Source of the DNA: Deltaproteobacteria bacterium UBA2409
GTDB lineage: Bacteria; Bdellovibrionota_C; UBA2361; DDRT01
Assembly: GCA_002343185.1 (NCBI GenBank)
Contig: DDRT01000020.1
Location: forward strand, 196,776-260,775
Length of the DNA: 64,000 bases
Direction of reading: 5' to 3'
Within the stretch, counting starts at the first letter, position 1, and each line of letters begins with the position of its first letter. The position numbers and the translations under genes are program-made. Under the pieces are notes generated by a model. It was not told where the DNA came from. It saw only the letters and a list, made by a program, of their open reading frames with translations, and did no database searches. Of the stretch, positions 9,204 to 19,585 are shown piece by piece.

Positions 9204-10036
9204 GAAGCATGACCGGATTCGCCCAACGCGAAGTAGTATTAGATGGAAGCTCTCTATCTCTGACAGTGAGGTCAGTAAATCAGAGGGGATTCGAATTTTA
9301 TCTTAGATCCGGATTTCCTGAACTGGAGATGGATCTAAAGCAAAAAGCTAAAATCCTATTGCAGAGAGGAAAAGTTGAACTAACTATATCCTATTCGCAG
9401 AAAACTCAAGCTCCCTCTATAGATCGATTTAAACAGAAATATTCTGAGTTTAGTAAAGCGTTAACAGAGATTGGTTTATCAGTAAACTATGATGCAAGCG
9501 CACTTTACAGGATTTATGAGCGGTCTTTTGAGCCAGATCTTCTTAATCAGACTGGAGATATTACAAAAGAGATTGAACTACTTTTTCTAGAACTTGATAG
9601 GTCAAGGAAAAAAGAAGGGGATGCTCATCTAGTGGAATTGAAAGGACTTATCGCAAAGTTAACAGGTTTTAGAGAAGTTGTGTCTGCTCGAGCTGAAAAA
9701 GCTACAGAAGAAAAACAATCAACTTTAAAAGCTCGTCTTTTGTCTCTTTCACCTATTGATGATTCAAGGGTTCTTCAGGAGATTGCAATTTTGGCTGATA
9801 AGCTTGCAATTGGGGAGGAGCTTGTAAGACTTATAGCTCATGAAGAGCGATGTTTGGATCTATTAAAAAAGGAAAATACTCCTCAGGGTAAAGAGCTTGA
9901 ATTTATGTCTCAAGAACTTTTAAGAGAATGGAATACCATCGGGTCAAAGTCTCAAGACTCAGTGATAACTCATGCAGTAGTAGATGCAAAAGGATGTATA
10001 GAACAGATTAGGGAGCTGGCAGCTAATGTCGTTTAG
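9200..10036 (+). CDS. yicC: YicC-family stress-induced protein
   Basis: N-terminal MRSMTGFA and overall YicC length and helical organisation. Conserved synteny immediately upstream of gmk. Confidence 0.7.
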   Translation: MRSMTGFAQREVVLDGSSLSLTVRSVNQRGFEFYLRSGFPELEMDLKQKAKILLQRGKVELTISYSQKTQAPSIDRFKQKYSEFSKALTEIGLSVNYDASALYRIYERSFEPDLLNQTGDITKEIELLFLELDRSRKKEGDAHLVELKGLIAKLTGFREVVSARAEKATEEKQSTLKARLLSLSPIDDSRVLQEIAILADKLAIGEELVRLIAHEERCLDLLKKENTPQGKELEFMSQELLREWNTIGSKSQDSVITHAVVDAKGCIEQIRELAANVV

Positions 10037-10604
10037 TACTTTTATAGTACTTATAGGACCATCTGGAGCTGGAAAAAGTTCCTTAGGGATCGGGCTCAGA
10101 AATAGATTTCCACAGTTAAAAAATTCGATCTCTGCAACGACCAGGGCTCCTAGGCCAGGTGAAGTTGATGGACGAGAGTACTACTTCTTAACCAAAGAGA
10201 AGTTCGAAGAGATAAAACCAAAACTTCTAGAATGGGAAGAGGTACATGGTCAGTATTATGGAACACCAATTGAACCAATTTCGCAGGCACGCATTGAAGG
10301 CAGGTCATTATTGTTTGATATAGATATAAGAGGTGCTGCTACCCTCAAGAGTAAATATCCTGATGAAACAAAAGTCATTCTGATTCTTCCTCCAACATTT
10401 GAAACACTGTCTGATAGGATCACTCATCGAAGTCAGATAAGTGATTCAGAGCTTCAAACTAGACTTAATACTGCAAGACATGAATATGAAGAGATGAAAA
10501 AGGCGAATTTTATTGACCACACTGTGATTAATGATGATAAAGAGAGGGCTTTATTTGAGCTCATATCGTTAACTGAGAAGATTTTATTAGAGAGGGGCAA
10601 ATGA
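10026..10604 (+). CDS. gmk: Guanylate kinase
   Basis: P-loop GPSGAGKSSL, TTRAPRPGEVDGREYYF and 192 aa length. Confidence 0.85.
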   Translation: MSFSTFIVLIGPSGAGKSSLGIGLRNRFPQLKNSISATTRAPRPGEVDGREYYFLTKEKFEEIKPKLLEWEEVHGQYYGTPIEPISQARIEGRSLLFDIDIRGAATLKSKYPDETKVILILPPTFETLSDRITHRSQISDSELQTRLNTARHEYEEMKKANFIDHTVINDDKERALFELISLTEKILLERGK

Positions 10605-11053
10605 AATATTTTTTGATCTGCTTATCGCTCGTTGGATGCACAACTTTCAACCTAAAAAGTGATGAGCCAAGAGGCTCTGTGCTTATTTCAAATATGAGAG
10701 GAGGAGATCCAAAGGAGCTTGAAATCGAAAAAGTAACATTCTCAAGAAAAGAGTTGGCTCAAGCAGCAGCACATCCGGAAACCGCAAAAGTCAGACTAGT
10801 AAGGCTAACTAGACCTGGTTCATCAGATGGAGCTCCTCCTGAGTTTAGATTATTTGATGTTCATGAAAATAGTGCACCGTATCTTATCGGTCTAAGAAGT
10901 GCGGATATTCTTACCGCTGCACATGGATATGTTGTTTATACACCACAGCAATTTGGGTCATATCTCCGACTATTACCGAAAGAAAACACTGGTTCTATCG
11001 AGGTAAATCGTGAGGGTCGACCTATAAGGTTTGAAATTACTGTTATAGATTAG
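10601..11053 (+). CDS. Hypothetical lipoprotein
   Basis: Lipobox LSLVGC after an N-terminal hydrophobic stretch. No family recognised. Confidence 0.4.
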   Translation: MKYFLICLSLVGCTTFNLKSDEPRGSVLISNMRGGDPKELEIEKVTFSRKELAQAAAHPETAKVRLVRLTRPGSSDGAPPEFRLFDVHENSAPYLIGLRSADILTAAHGYVVYTPQQFGSYLRLLPKENTGSIEVNREGRPIRFEITVID

Positions 11054-11084
11054 TTTTTACTTGTAGCTAATTCTCCTCTTTCGT

Positions 11085-12218
11085 ATGATCATTAGCTTAA
11101 TGACCCCTGAGCAAGAAGCCTTAGTTGAGACTACAAAAAAATTCGTTGAAAACGTTATTAGACCAGTTGCAGCCAAATATGATCAATCTAGCGAATTTCC
11201 TGAGAAAGAACTAAAGCAAGCAGCTTCTCAGGGACTAGTAAATCTAACTTTACCATTTGGATCTGAGCTTTCACTTTATGATGCATGTTTAGTGATTGAG
11301 GAGCTAGCAAAGGGGTGTGCAGGATTTGCAACTTCAATCGTTGCAAATGATCTTGCTTTGACCCCTATAGCAATAGGAGGAACTGCAGATCAAAAGGAAA
11401 AATTTATAAAACCTATTGTTGAGAGTGGAGAGTTTGCTTCGTTTTGTCTTACAGAGCCTGGCGCAGGTTCGGATGCAGCGGGGCTTTCAACCTCAGTTAC
11501 AACTGATGGTGATGATTACGTAATAACAGGAAATAAGCAGTGGATTACTAATGGGGGATACGCAACCCAGTATACTGTTTTTGCAACTCACGATAAATCG
11601 AAAAGAGCAAAAGGGATCTCATGTTTTGTGGTTCCAGCAAATACCAAAGGAATTACCTGTGGTCATCATGAAGATAAGCTTGGTCAAAGATGTTCAAATA
11701 CTGTGGCGATTAACTTTGATCAGGTTAGAATCCCAAAGGCAAATCTTATTGGGAAGGAGGGTGAAGGGTTTAAGATAGCTATGCAAACCTTAGATTTCAC
11801 TCGGCCTATGACTGCTATTTTGTCAGTTGGTATCGCACAAAGAGCCCTTGAATGTTCATTAGAGTATGCAAAGGAAAGAAAGCAATTTGGAGCTGAGATA
11901 GCGTCATTTCAGGGGATTCAGTTTATGCTAGCTGACATGGCAACTATGATTGAAGCCTCAAGACTTTTGACTCTTCACGCAGCAAAACTTATTACAGATG
12001 GCAAAAAAGCCTCAAAAGAATCAAGTATGGCTAAAAGACTATCTGCAGATTCTGCAATGGAGATAACTACGAATGCTGTTCAGATATATGGTGGATATGG
12101 ATATACAAAGGAATATCCTGTTGAAAAATTAATGCGTGACGCAAAATTAATGCAGATCTACGAAGGAACAAGTCAGATTCAAAGAGTTGTAATTGCAAGG
12201 GAGCTTCTAAATGGATGA
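11085..12218 (+). CDS. Acyl-CoA dehydrogenase (short/branched-chain type)
   Basis: 377 aa. CLTEPGAGSDAAG, ANTKGITCG and the C-terminal IYEGTSQIQR motifs of ACAD enzymes. Confidence 0.85.
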   Translation: MIISLMTPEQEALVETTKKFVENVIRPVAAKYDQSSEFPEKELKQAASQGLVNLTLPFGSELSLYDACLVIEELAKGCAGFATSIVANDLALTPIAIGGTADQKEKFIKPIVESGEFASFCLTEPGAGSDAAGLSTSVTTDGDDYVITGNKQWITNGGYATQYTVFATHDKSKRAKGISCFVVPANTKGITCGHHEDKLGQRCSNTVAINFDQVRIPKANLIGKEGEGFKIAMQTLDFTRPMTAILSVGIAQRALECSLEYAKERKQFGAEIASFQGIQFMLADMATMIEASRLLTLHAAKLITDGKKASKESSMAKRLSADSAMEITTNAVQIYGGYGYTKEYPVEKLMRDAKLMQIYEGTSQIQRVVIARELLNG

Positions 12219-12552
12219 TCGATTTCTAATCGAGGAGGCTCTAGAGCGGTGTGATGGTGACAGAGAGTTCTTATCTGAACTTATGGATATGTTTTTTCAA
12301 GAACTACCAACTAGCTTAAGTGGATTAAGAGAATCTCTTGAATCAGAAGACTGTGATGGGGTGTTTAAACAAGCTCATGCACTAAAGAGCTCGCTAGGTA
12401 ATCTTGGTGCTGGCAGGGCATTTAAGACTGCAAAGGAGCTTGAAGTTGCCGGAAAGGGAAAAAACTTAGAAGACTGCCAGAGACTCTTTCATAAGCTAGA
12501 AAGCGATATTGAAGAGTTCAGTTTAGCTGTTAAAGAGATGCTTGCTGTTTGA
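12211..12552 (+). CDS. Hpt (histidine phosphotransfer) domain protein
   Basis: HALKSSLGNLGA phospho-His motif in a 113-aa helical protein. Start overlaps the upstream stop. Confidence 0.6.
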   Translation: MDDRFLIEEALERCDGDREFLSELMDMFFQELPTSLSGLRESLESEDCDGVFKQAHALKSSLGNLGAGRAFKTAKELEVAGKGKNLEDCQRLFHKLESDIEEFSLAVKEMLAV

Positions 12553-12573
12553 CTTAGAATAAAATGGCAATGT

Positions 12574-12627
12574 CTGGTCAGGTATTTAACCTGACCTATT
12601 ATTAAGGTCAGTCTAAAGACTGACCAG
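12574..12627. terminator. Twin stem-loops between convergent genes, likely a bidirectional terminator
   Basis: ctggtcagg-tatttaa-cctgacc and ggtcagtc-taaa-gactgacc hairpins. Their stems resemble the REP core (cctgaccag). Confidence 0.5.
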
Positions 12628-12661
12628 ACATAAATTCCCTGGCCTAACCCTCAAGCATTAT

Positions 12662-13447
12662 TTATCTTCTTATCGAATTAGATCTATTCTTATACTCTGC
12701 CAAACTATTATTCAAAAGTAATTCAAATTGAGTTTCGGTTACACCAAATGAGTTCTTAAAAGCTTTATCCCTGCTAACATCAGTTCCTAGAAGAAGAAGA
12801 TAGTTTCTAAGTGCAGTCATCCCAAATCTTGAAACTAAAAACTCAGATGCGTAAAGAGATTGTGCGTAAGCCGCAGCAACTTTTTTAGTCTCAAGCCTTG
12901 TGAATCCACCTTGCAGAAGTGACAAAGGTATTGGGTCTTCTACTACCAGCCACTTTCTTAAGATAACATCTAAAACTGATAGCTTTGGCCCTTCAAACCA
13001 CTGAGCGAGACCCTCATCTAGCCAGCCCTGCAATCTTCCACGTGTTAACTCATGTGTAACTGCATGGAAGAATTCATGACGTGCAGATCTGGTGATTGAA
13101 TCGCGATCTACACCTTTTTTCATAAGAGGAATTAATATTTTACCATTAACAAAAAGTGCATTTGTCCATTTAGGAGCCTTGGTTACTGAGAAGAAAGTCT
13201 CTTCGTGAAGGAGGTGAACAGAGGTTTGTATCGGAATTGCTGTGCCCAGAAGAGTAAACATCTCAGCTTGAGCCTGTAAAAGAGAATCTGTAATTAGATT
13301 TGCTATATCTTGTCTTGAGCTAGGGCTGATTATCTCAAGTGTTCCAGAGTGACCAAGAGAAACAGAGGCCCTCACTTCGCGGTCGTTTGCCCAACCTGAA
13401 CTGATTATGAAACAAACGCTACAAAGTACTCTAAGAAGAACTTGCAC
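12662..13447 (-). CDS. Secreted HExxH-motif protein (putative zinc metallopeptidase-like)
   Basis: Signal peptide, then HEFFHAVTHE motif followed by WLDEGLAQWFEG. Family not identified. Confidence 0.4.
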   Translation of the reverse strand: MQVLLRVLCSVCFIISSGWANDREVRASVSLGHSGTLEIISPSSRQDIANLITDSLLQAQAEMFTLLGTAIPIQTSVHLLHEETFFSVTKAPKWTNALFVNGKILIPLMKKGVDRDSITRSARHEFFHAVTHELTRGRLQGWLDEGLAQWFEGPKLSVLDVILRKWLVVEDPIPLSLLQGGFTRLETKKVAAAYAQSLYASEFLVSRFGMTALRNYLLLLGTDVSRDKAFKNSFGVTETQFELLLNNSLAEYKNRSNSIRR

Positions 13448-13559
13448 TTCTACCTTCTACAGAGTCCCTGTCGTCAGATTTAGCGAAAAACCTTAGCAAT
13501 TAGAACGCTCTTTCTCTAGGGTTCTCTTTGATGTAGAATGAAAAGAGGAGGAAAAGTTA

Positions 13560-13931
13560 ATGGAAACAGGGTCTTTTGGTGCCGATTCTTTTACAGGTAG
13601 TGATGAGCAGCCAATTCTTCTAACTGATGCTGCGATTGATGCTGTAAAAAATGCAATTTCTGAAGAGGGTGAGGCTGGAGATAGCCTTCGGGTATCGGTT
13701 GTTGGTGGTGGATGTTCAGGCTATCAATACAACTTAGATTTCGAAAAAGAGCCTAGAATTGATGATCATGTTCTATCATTTGGTGATGTAAAAGTTCTAA
13801 TAGATCCTATTAGTGCAGGATATCTTAAAGGAACCGTTATTGATTTTGTATCAGGACTTAACGGAACAGGCTTTAAGTTTAATAACCCTAATGCAAAGCG
13901 AACATGTGGCTGTGGTAGCTCGTTCGGTTGA
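13560..13931 (+). CDS. A-type iron-sulfur cluster carrier (IscA/ErpA/HesB family)
   Basis: Conserved VVGGGCSGYQY and C-terminal CGCGSSF cysteine ligands. Strong RBS agaggagg upstream. Confidence 0.8.
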   Translation: METGSFGADSFTGSDEQPILLTDAAIDAVKNAISEEGEAGDSLRVSVVGGGCSGYQYNLDFEKEPRIDDHVLSFGDVKVLIDPISAGYLKGTVIDFVSGLNGTGFKFNNPNAKRTCGCGSSFG

Positions 13932-14358
13932 GATTGTACTAGTTGCCACCTTACTTGTAGGGTGTGCTTCAACCCAAAGAATTCGCTACGAAAAAACAGA
14001 CTCTGTAGAGATGGAAAAGCGAGTTATAGAGACTCATCCTACACAATTTAGAACAAACTTTGAAGATGGAGGAAGAGTCTGGGAACGAGCTCTTTTGGCA
14101 TCACAAAGATTCTTCAAGGGCAGTTCAAATATACAATCCGTAAAGAAGCCTCTTCCAGAGACCAAGATGATTCTTAGTTCTGATAGCGGCACCTACTCAA
14201 TTATTCAGCGATTAGAAAAAGATGGTTTTTTCTTTGCGGTTGTTGGAGACAGAACCGAATCTAGTAAAATTTCTGATAGAGATGTGAACCTAAATGAGCG
14301 CAACCTTGCAAGATTTTTAAGATCAGGAGTCTTTCAAGATATTCTCTTCGTTCACTAA
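13891..14358 (+). CDS. Hypothetical lipoprotein
   Basis: ORF overlaps the previous gene end. Lipobox LLVGCAS. Start codon uncertain (ATG at 13891, or GTG a few codons later). Confidence 0.35.
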   Translation: MQSEHVAVVARSVEIVLVATLLVGCASTQRIRYEKTDSVEMEKRVIETHPTQFRTNFEDGGRVWERALLASQRFFKGSSNIQSVKKPLPETKMILSSDSGTYSIIQRLEKDGFFFAVVGDRTESSKISDRDVNLNERNLARFLRSGVFQDILFVH

Positions 14359-14403
14359 GATTTCCGCTTAATATTTTTAAGATAAAAGTCGATAGCTACT
14401 ATT

Positions 14404-16470
14404 GTGAGGGTAGTAGTTATTGTTTTTCTCTTTCCACTTATAGCGATGGGAAATGAGTGGGTTCCTGGAGAGTATGTAGTAAGATTAAAGCCCGGAAATG
14501 TGCTCGGCTTTTCGGGGGAATTCCTAGGTAATGAGACATACAAGATCTCATTAGGTGCTGGAGTACAAGCAGGCTCGAATCTTGTTTCTGAATCAGACTT
14601 AGCTCTTTGTGAGGATATTCTTCGCGATAATCCAGAACTTGAATCATGCTCACCAAACTATATTGTTAAAATCAATGCAGTTCCTAATGATCCACTATTT
14701 CCTGAAACCTGGGGTTTAGCGAACGCACCAGAAGCATGGGGAATTTCAACGGGAGATGAACAGATCGTAGTTGCAGTTGTTGATACTGGAATTGATTATA
14801 CCCACCCAGATCTAGCGGCGAATATGTGGAGAAATCAAGGTGAAGTGCTTGATGGAATTGATAACGATGGTAATGGGGTGATTGATGATATTTTTGGATA
14901 TAACGCAATCACAAGAACTGGGAACCCTTATGATGACCATGGTCATGGAACTCATTGCGCAGGAACGATTGGTGCTGTAGGTGGCAATGGAGTTGGTGTT
15001 GCTGGTGTCAACTGGAACGTAAAACTAATGGGAGCTAAGTTTCTTGGTGCTAATGGATCGGGCGATCTTGGTGGAGCAATCAGGGCAATTAATTACGTCA
15101 CCGATCAGAAAATTAGAGGTGTAAACGTTAGAGTAATGAATAACTCTTGGGGGGGTGGAGGTTACTCTGAACCTCTTGAGTCAGCCATAAGAAGAGCTAT
15201 CGATGCAGGAATCGTATTCGTAGCTGCAGCTGGAAATGCAAGCAATAATAACGATTCAAGAGCATCATATCCTGCCAATTATCCTGGTGTAATATCAGTT
15301 GCTGCTCTTGCCCAAGGTAATTCAATCGCAGGGTTTTCAAATTTTGGAAGAACTTCCGTTCATATTGGTGCTCCAGGGGTAAGCATTATGAGTACCATTC
15401 CGGGAAATAGATATGGAAGGATGTCTGGAACTTCGATGGCTGCACCACATGTATCAGGAGCAGTTGCACTTATGCTTTCAGTTGCACCCGAGCTTACGCC
15501 ATCACAATCTAAAAACAGACTAGTTGAAACAGGAGCAGTGCTGTCTGGCCTAAGAGCCATGATCTCTGGAGGAAGGATTTTAAGTTTACCAAGACTATTA
15601 AAGGACGAGCGTTCAGAAAGTTCACCTGGTGAGACTTGTGGGTACTTAGTATCGAGAATTCCCTACAATCCTGATAACAGTATTTGGCGTGAATCTGCAC
15701 TTCCAGGCAGCATTGGAGATGATATCGAAGTTGTTAGACCAATATCAGGAACTTTTTTTGGATCAAATCCGCTTTATGTTTCTTTATCATCAAATCAAGT
15801 GATCTACTTTGGAAGGTCTAAAGAGGTCTCAGACTTTGACGGAAATCGCTCAACCCCTGGTAGTTTGAAGGTAGTCAATTCAGATTGGGTTTCTAATGAT
15901 GGAATTCGTTCAAAAACAAGATCTGACGGCTCTATGGTGGTTGGATTTAAAGGATCTCTCTTTGGAGGAATAATTTCCGGTGTTACAAGAGGGGTTGTTC
16001 ATCTTTATCCGAATGGAGTGATTGATGTTTTCACTCAGGTACCAAATGGAATAAGAGGTGTTCTAGGTTCAAAATCAAAGGTTAGCTTAGTTGGGCTAGA
16101 TGGAATAGAAGTTGGAGATAGGGTTAGAGATAGATCTTCACATCGATTCATCCCTTCATGCAGCGAAACAGTAGTTTTAAACAAACTTTCAGCAAGGCTA
16201 TCTGAAACAAGACTGAAACTTAAACTTAAAGGGGTTGGTACAGGGTTGGTGCCTGTAAGATTTAAAGTAAATGGAAGATCTTGTTCAGGATCAGCTAATG
16301 TCGCGATGACTAATGGAAAAGGCAAGCGATCTACAAGAGTACCAAGGTTAGGTGAAATGACTATAGAAGCTCGTGCAACCGGAATAAGATCCAATAGAGC
16401 AAAGACATTTGGAGCACGAGGAATAACTAGTAAAGATGTTTCAAGAGTTTGTAGAAAACTAACAAGATAG
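14404..16470 (+). CDS. Secreted subtilisin-like serine protease (peptidase S8) with a roughly 270-aa C-terminal extension
   Basis: Catalytic triad motifs VVDTGIDYTHPDL (Asp), HGTHCAGTIGA (His), GTSMAAPHVSGAVALM (Ser). Calcium-loop-like insert DGIDNDGNGVIDD. Signal peptide with GTG start. Confidence 0.8.
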   Translation: MRVVVIVFLFPLIAMGNEWVPGEYVVRLKPGNVLGFSGEFLGNETYKISLGAGVQAGSNLVSESDLALCEDILRDNPELESCSPNYIVKINAVPNDPLFPETWGLANAPEAWGISTGDEQIVVAVVDTGIDYTHPDLAANMWRNQGEVLDGIDNDGNGVIDDIFGYNAITRTGNPYDDHGHGTHCAGTIGAVGGNGVGVAGVNWNVKLMGAKFLGANGSGDLGGAIRAINYVTDQKIRGVNVRVMNNSWGGGGYSEPLESAIRRAIDAGIVFVAAAGNASNNNDSRASYPANYPGVISVAALAQGNSIAGFSNFGRTSVHIGAPGVSIMSTIPGNRYGRMSGTSMAAPHVSGAVALMLSVAPELTPSQSKNRLVETGAVLSGLRAMISGGRILSLPRLLKDERSESSPGETCGYLVSRIPYNPDNSIWRESALPGSIGDDIEVVRPISGTFFGSNPLYVSLSSNQVIYFGRSKEVSDFDGNRSTPGSLKVVNSDWVSNDGIRSKTRSDGSMVVGFKGSLFGGIISGVTRGVVHLYPNGVIDVFTQVPNGIRGVLGSKSKVSLVGLDGIEVGDRVRDRSSHRFIPSCSETVVLNKLSARLSETRLKLKLKGVGTGLVPVRFKVNGRSCSGSANVAMTNGKGKRSTRVPRLGEMTIEARATGIRSNRAKTFGARGITSKDVSRVCRKLTR

Positions 16471-16476
16471 ATTACA

Positions 16477-16510
16477 TGGGGGTCAGGCCGGAAGGCCTGA
16501 CCAGACAGGT
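16477..16510. repeat. REP-like palindromic element
   Basis: tgggggtcaggccggaaggcctgaccagaca between convergent gene ends. Same core as six other loci. Confidence 0.75.
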
Positions 16511-16511
16511 T

Positions 16512-16925
16512 CTACCCAGCCTGTTGTTCAGCAACTACAGCCTCACCACTGTCAATCCCTGAATAAAGGACTGATTTGATCCTTGCTGCTTTTCCACGAA
16601 GAGGTCTTAGGTAGAATAAACGAGCACGCCTAACCACACCCCTTGTAAGAACCTCAATCTTATCAATTCTTGGACTATGGAGTGGGAATGTTCTTTCGAC
16701 ACCTACGTTGTATGAAACTTTTCTAACTGTAAAGGTTGCACTGGCAGAATGAGCCTTGGAGCGTTTGATTACAACACCCTCAAATACCTGAATTCTTTCT
16801 TTATTACCTTCCTTAATTTTAGCGTGTACTCTAACTGTATCTCCCGCCCCGAACTCTGGAATATCAGATTTAGATTGGAGGGTAGAGATCTCCGTCAACA
16901 GTTTATCATTTGCCTTTCTTGTCAT
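16512..16925 (-). CDS. rplS: 50S ribosomal protein L19
   Basis: Conserved L19 body ([16 protein letters not shown]...[10 protein letters not shown]...[17 protein letters not shown]). ATG at 16925 preceded by GAGG. Short C-terminal tail extends into the REP element. Confidence 0.85.
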   Translation of the reverse strand: MTRKANDKLLTEISTLQSKSDIPEFGAGDTVRVHAKIKEGNKERIQVFEGVVIKRSKAHSASATFTVRKVSYNVGVERTFPLHSPRIDKIEVLTRGVVRRARLFYLRPLRGKAARIKSVLYSGIDSGEAVVAEQQAG

Positions 16926-16991
16926 AATAGACCTCACTTGCTTGGGGTGAAAAACGAGTGTATCAATTTACAGACAGCTTTTCAAGGACTT

Positions 16992-17198
16992 ATGGAAGAC
17001 GAAATTAAGGCTATTATAGCAGAGCTTAAAGAGAAGGGACTTATGGTTCGCAGGGAGCCATTAAAAAGAGGGCTTGGCTGGAAAGCTGAAAGTGGCAGCT
17101 GCCGTGCTAATGATGATAAGATTCTCTTTATCGATAGACGAAGTCCTCTATCAGAGCAGCTTACCTTCTTAAGAGCCGAGAAGGCAAAATTACTTTAA
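16992..17198 (+). CDS. Small hypothetical protein upstream of mreB
   Basis: 68-aa ORF starting MEDEIKAI. The listed upstream part overlaps rplS on the opposite strand, so a later start was chosen. No family recognised. Confidence 0.3.
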   Translation: MEDEIKAIIAELKEKGLMVRREPLKRGLGWKAESGSCRANDDKILFIDRRSPLSEQLTFLRAEKAKLL

Positions 17199-17233
17199 GT
17201 AGCTTTAACCTTTTTATTGATTTACCAATTTAG

Positions 17234-18289
<1,056 letters not shown>

Positions 18290-18290
18290 G

Positions 18291-19130
18291 ATGAAGAGAT
18301 CTCAAACTGAGCCAAGTATTAGAGTAATTTTTGCTCATGCTGCAGCCCTTTTTTTAGTTTGTCTTTTTCTCACATCATATAGTTCTAAAAATCCTAAAGT
18401 AATTGGAATAGGCTCCAGAATAGTGCAAGAACTAATATCACCAGTTCAGGAGGTTATTACTGTCACAAGCTCTAGAATTGGAGGATTTTTTGACGAATAT
18501 CGTGCCCTAAGGGATGCAAAAGAGCGTAATGATCAGTTATTAAGCAGACTTGCAGTTCTTGAGATGGAGAACGCAAGACTTAGGGAATTTGAAAATGAAA
18601 ATTCAAGACTCTCAAAATTTTTATCATTCAAACAGTCAAGCAAACTACAAGGTATAGTGGGGAGAATCATTGGTAATGATGCAGCAAACTGGGTTCATTC
18701 AGTTGTTGTAAATGTTGGCACAAATGATGGAGTTGCGATAGGAAATCCTGCCGTAGATAGTGCAGGAAGTGTTGTAGGTAGAGTTGTTGCTGCCTCTTCT
18801 GGCTCTGCGCAAGTATTACTTCTTACAGACAGGGCAAGCTCAGTTGATGTGATGCTACAAGAGAGGAGAACGAGTGGTATTCTCTCAGGAAGGCAGCTAA
18901 ACGAATGCGAGTTAAATTTTGTGGAGCTTGAAAAAGAGATTCAGATTGGAGATCGAGTTATAACTTCAGGTCTCGATGGAATTTATCCAAAATCTCTTCC
19001 CGTAGGAGTTGTTTCATTTGCTGAGAAAGATTCTCGTGGACTGTTTCAGAAGGTTTTGATCACACCACATGTCGATTTCAGGAAATTAGAAGAAGTACTA
19101 ATAATAACAAATGTGGAGAAGGTTCAGTGA
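18291..19130 (+). CDS. mreC: Rod shape-determining protein MreC
   Basis: N-terminal TM, coiled-coil (LRDAKERNDQLLSRLAVLEMENARLRE), C-terminal beta domain. Follows mreB. Confidence 0.75.
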   Translation: MKRSQTEPSIRVIFAHAAALFLVCLFLTSYSSKNPKVIGIGSRIVQELISPVQEVITVTSSRIGGFFDEYRALRDAKERNDQLLSRLAVLEMENARLREFENENSRLSKFLSFKQSSKLQGIVGRIIGNDAANWVHSVVVNVGTNDGVAIGNPAVDSAGSVVGRVVAASSGSAQVLLLTDRASSVDVMLQERRTSGILSGRQLNECELNFVELEKEIQIGDRVITSGLDGIYPKSLPVGVVSFAEKDSRGLFQKVLITPHVDFRKLEEVLIITNVEKVQ

Positions 19131-19585
19131 AGGCAGAACTAGTACTTTTAACCTTGGTTCTTCAATTTGCAGTACTACCTCTGATAATACCTGATGGCTA
19201 TATTCCTAACCTCTCAGCCCTGTTGATTTTGTACTTAGCATTTTATCACACCTCGATTCTTGGTGTTTGGCTCGCCTTCTTTTTGGGGTTACTTTTCGAT
19301 CTTTCTGCAGGCTCTCTGTTGGGGCCATCAGCAGCAGGACTTGTGCTGGCATATATCTTTATTGCTGTGCTCTCAAAGAGATTATTTCTAGATGCTTTAG
19401 TCTCATCTTTAATTTTTGGAGGTTTTGCCTCAGGTATTGTGTTTACAATTCGTTATTTACTACTAAGTCAGTTTGTCTCTTTGCCATTTTGGATCCCTCT
19501 AATACAGGAGAGCCTATCGAGTGCACTTTTTGCACCGATTCTCTTTTGGATCTTCAGTAAGCTGAGGCGCAAGAATGTTGGATAA
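19127..19585 (+). CDS. mreD: Rod shape-determining protein MreD
   Basis: 152-aa polytopic membrane protein in the mreC-mrdA position. Overlapping start. Confidence 0.6.
   Translation: MKAELVLLTLVLQFAVLPLIIPDGYIPNLSALLILYLAFYHTSILGVWLAFFLGLLFDLSAGSLLGPSAAGLVLAYIFIAVLSKRLFLDALVSSLIFGGFASGIVFTIRYLLLSQFVSLPFWIPLIQESLSSALFAPILFWIFSKLRRKNVG

Noticed and set aside
8270-9226. Minus-strand ORFs 8270-8566 and 8975-9226 inside the heptose-7-phosphate kinase gene.
   Set aside because: They are antisense to a CDS with clear PfkB/RfaE motifs. Their Ser/Thr/Pro-rich translations are typical of non-coding frames.
11551-11778. 75-aa plus-strand ORF in an alternative frame within the acyl-CoA dehydrogenase gene.
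   Set aside because: It overlaps a strongly supported CDS in another frame.
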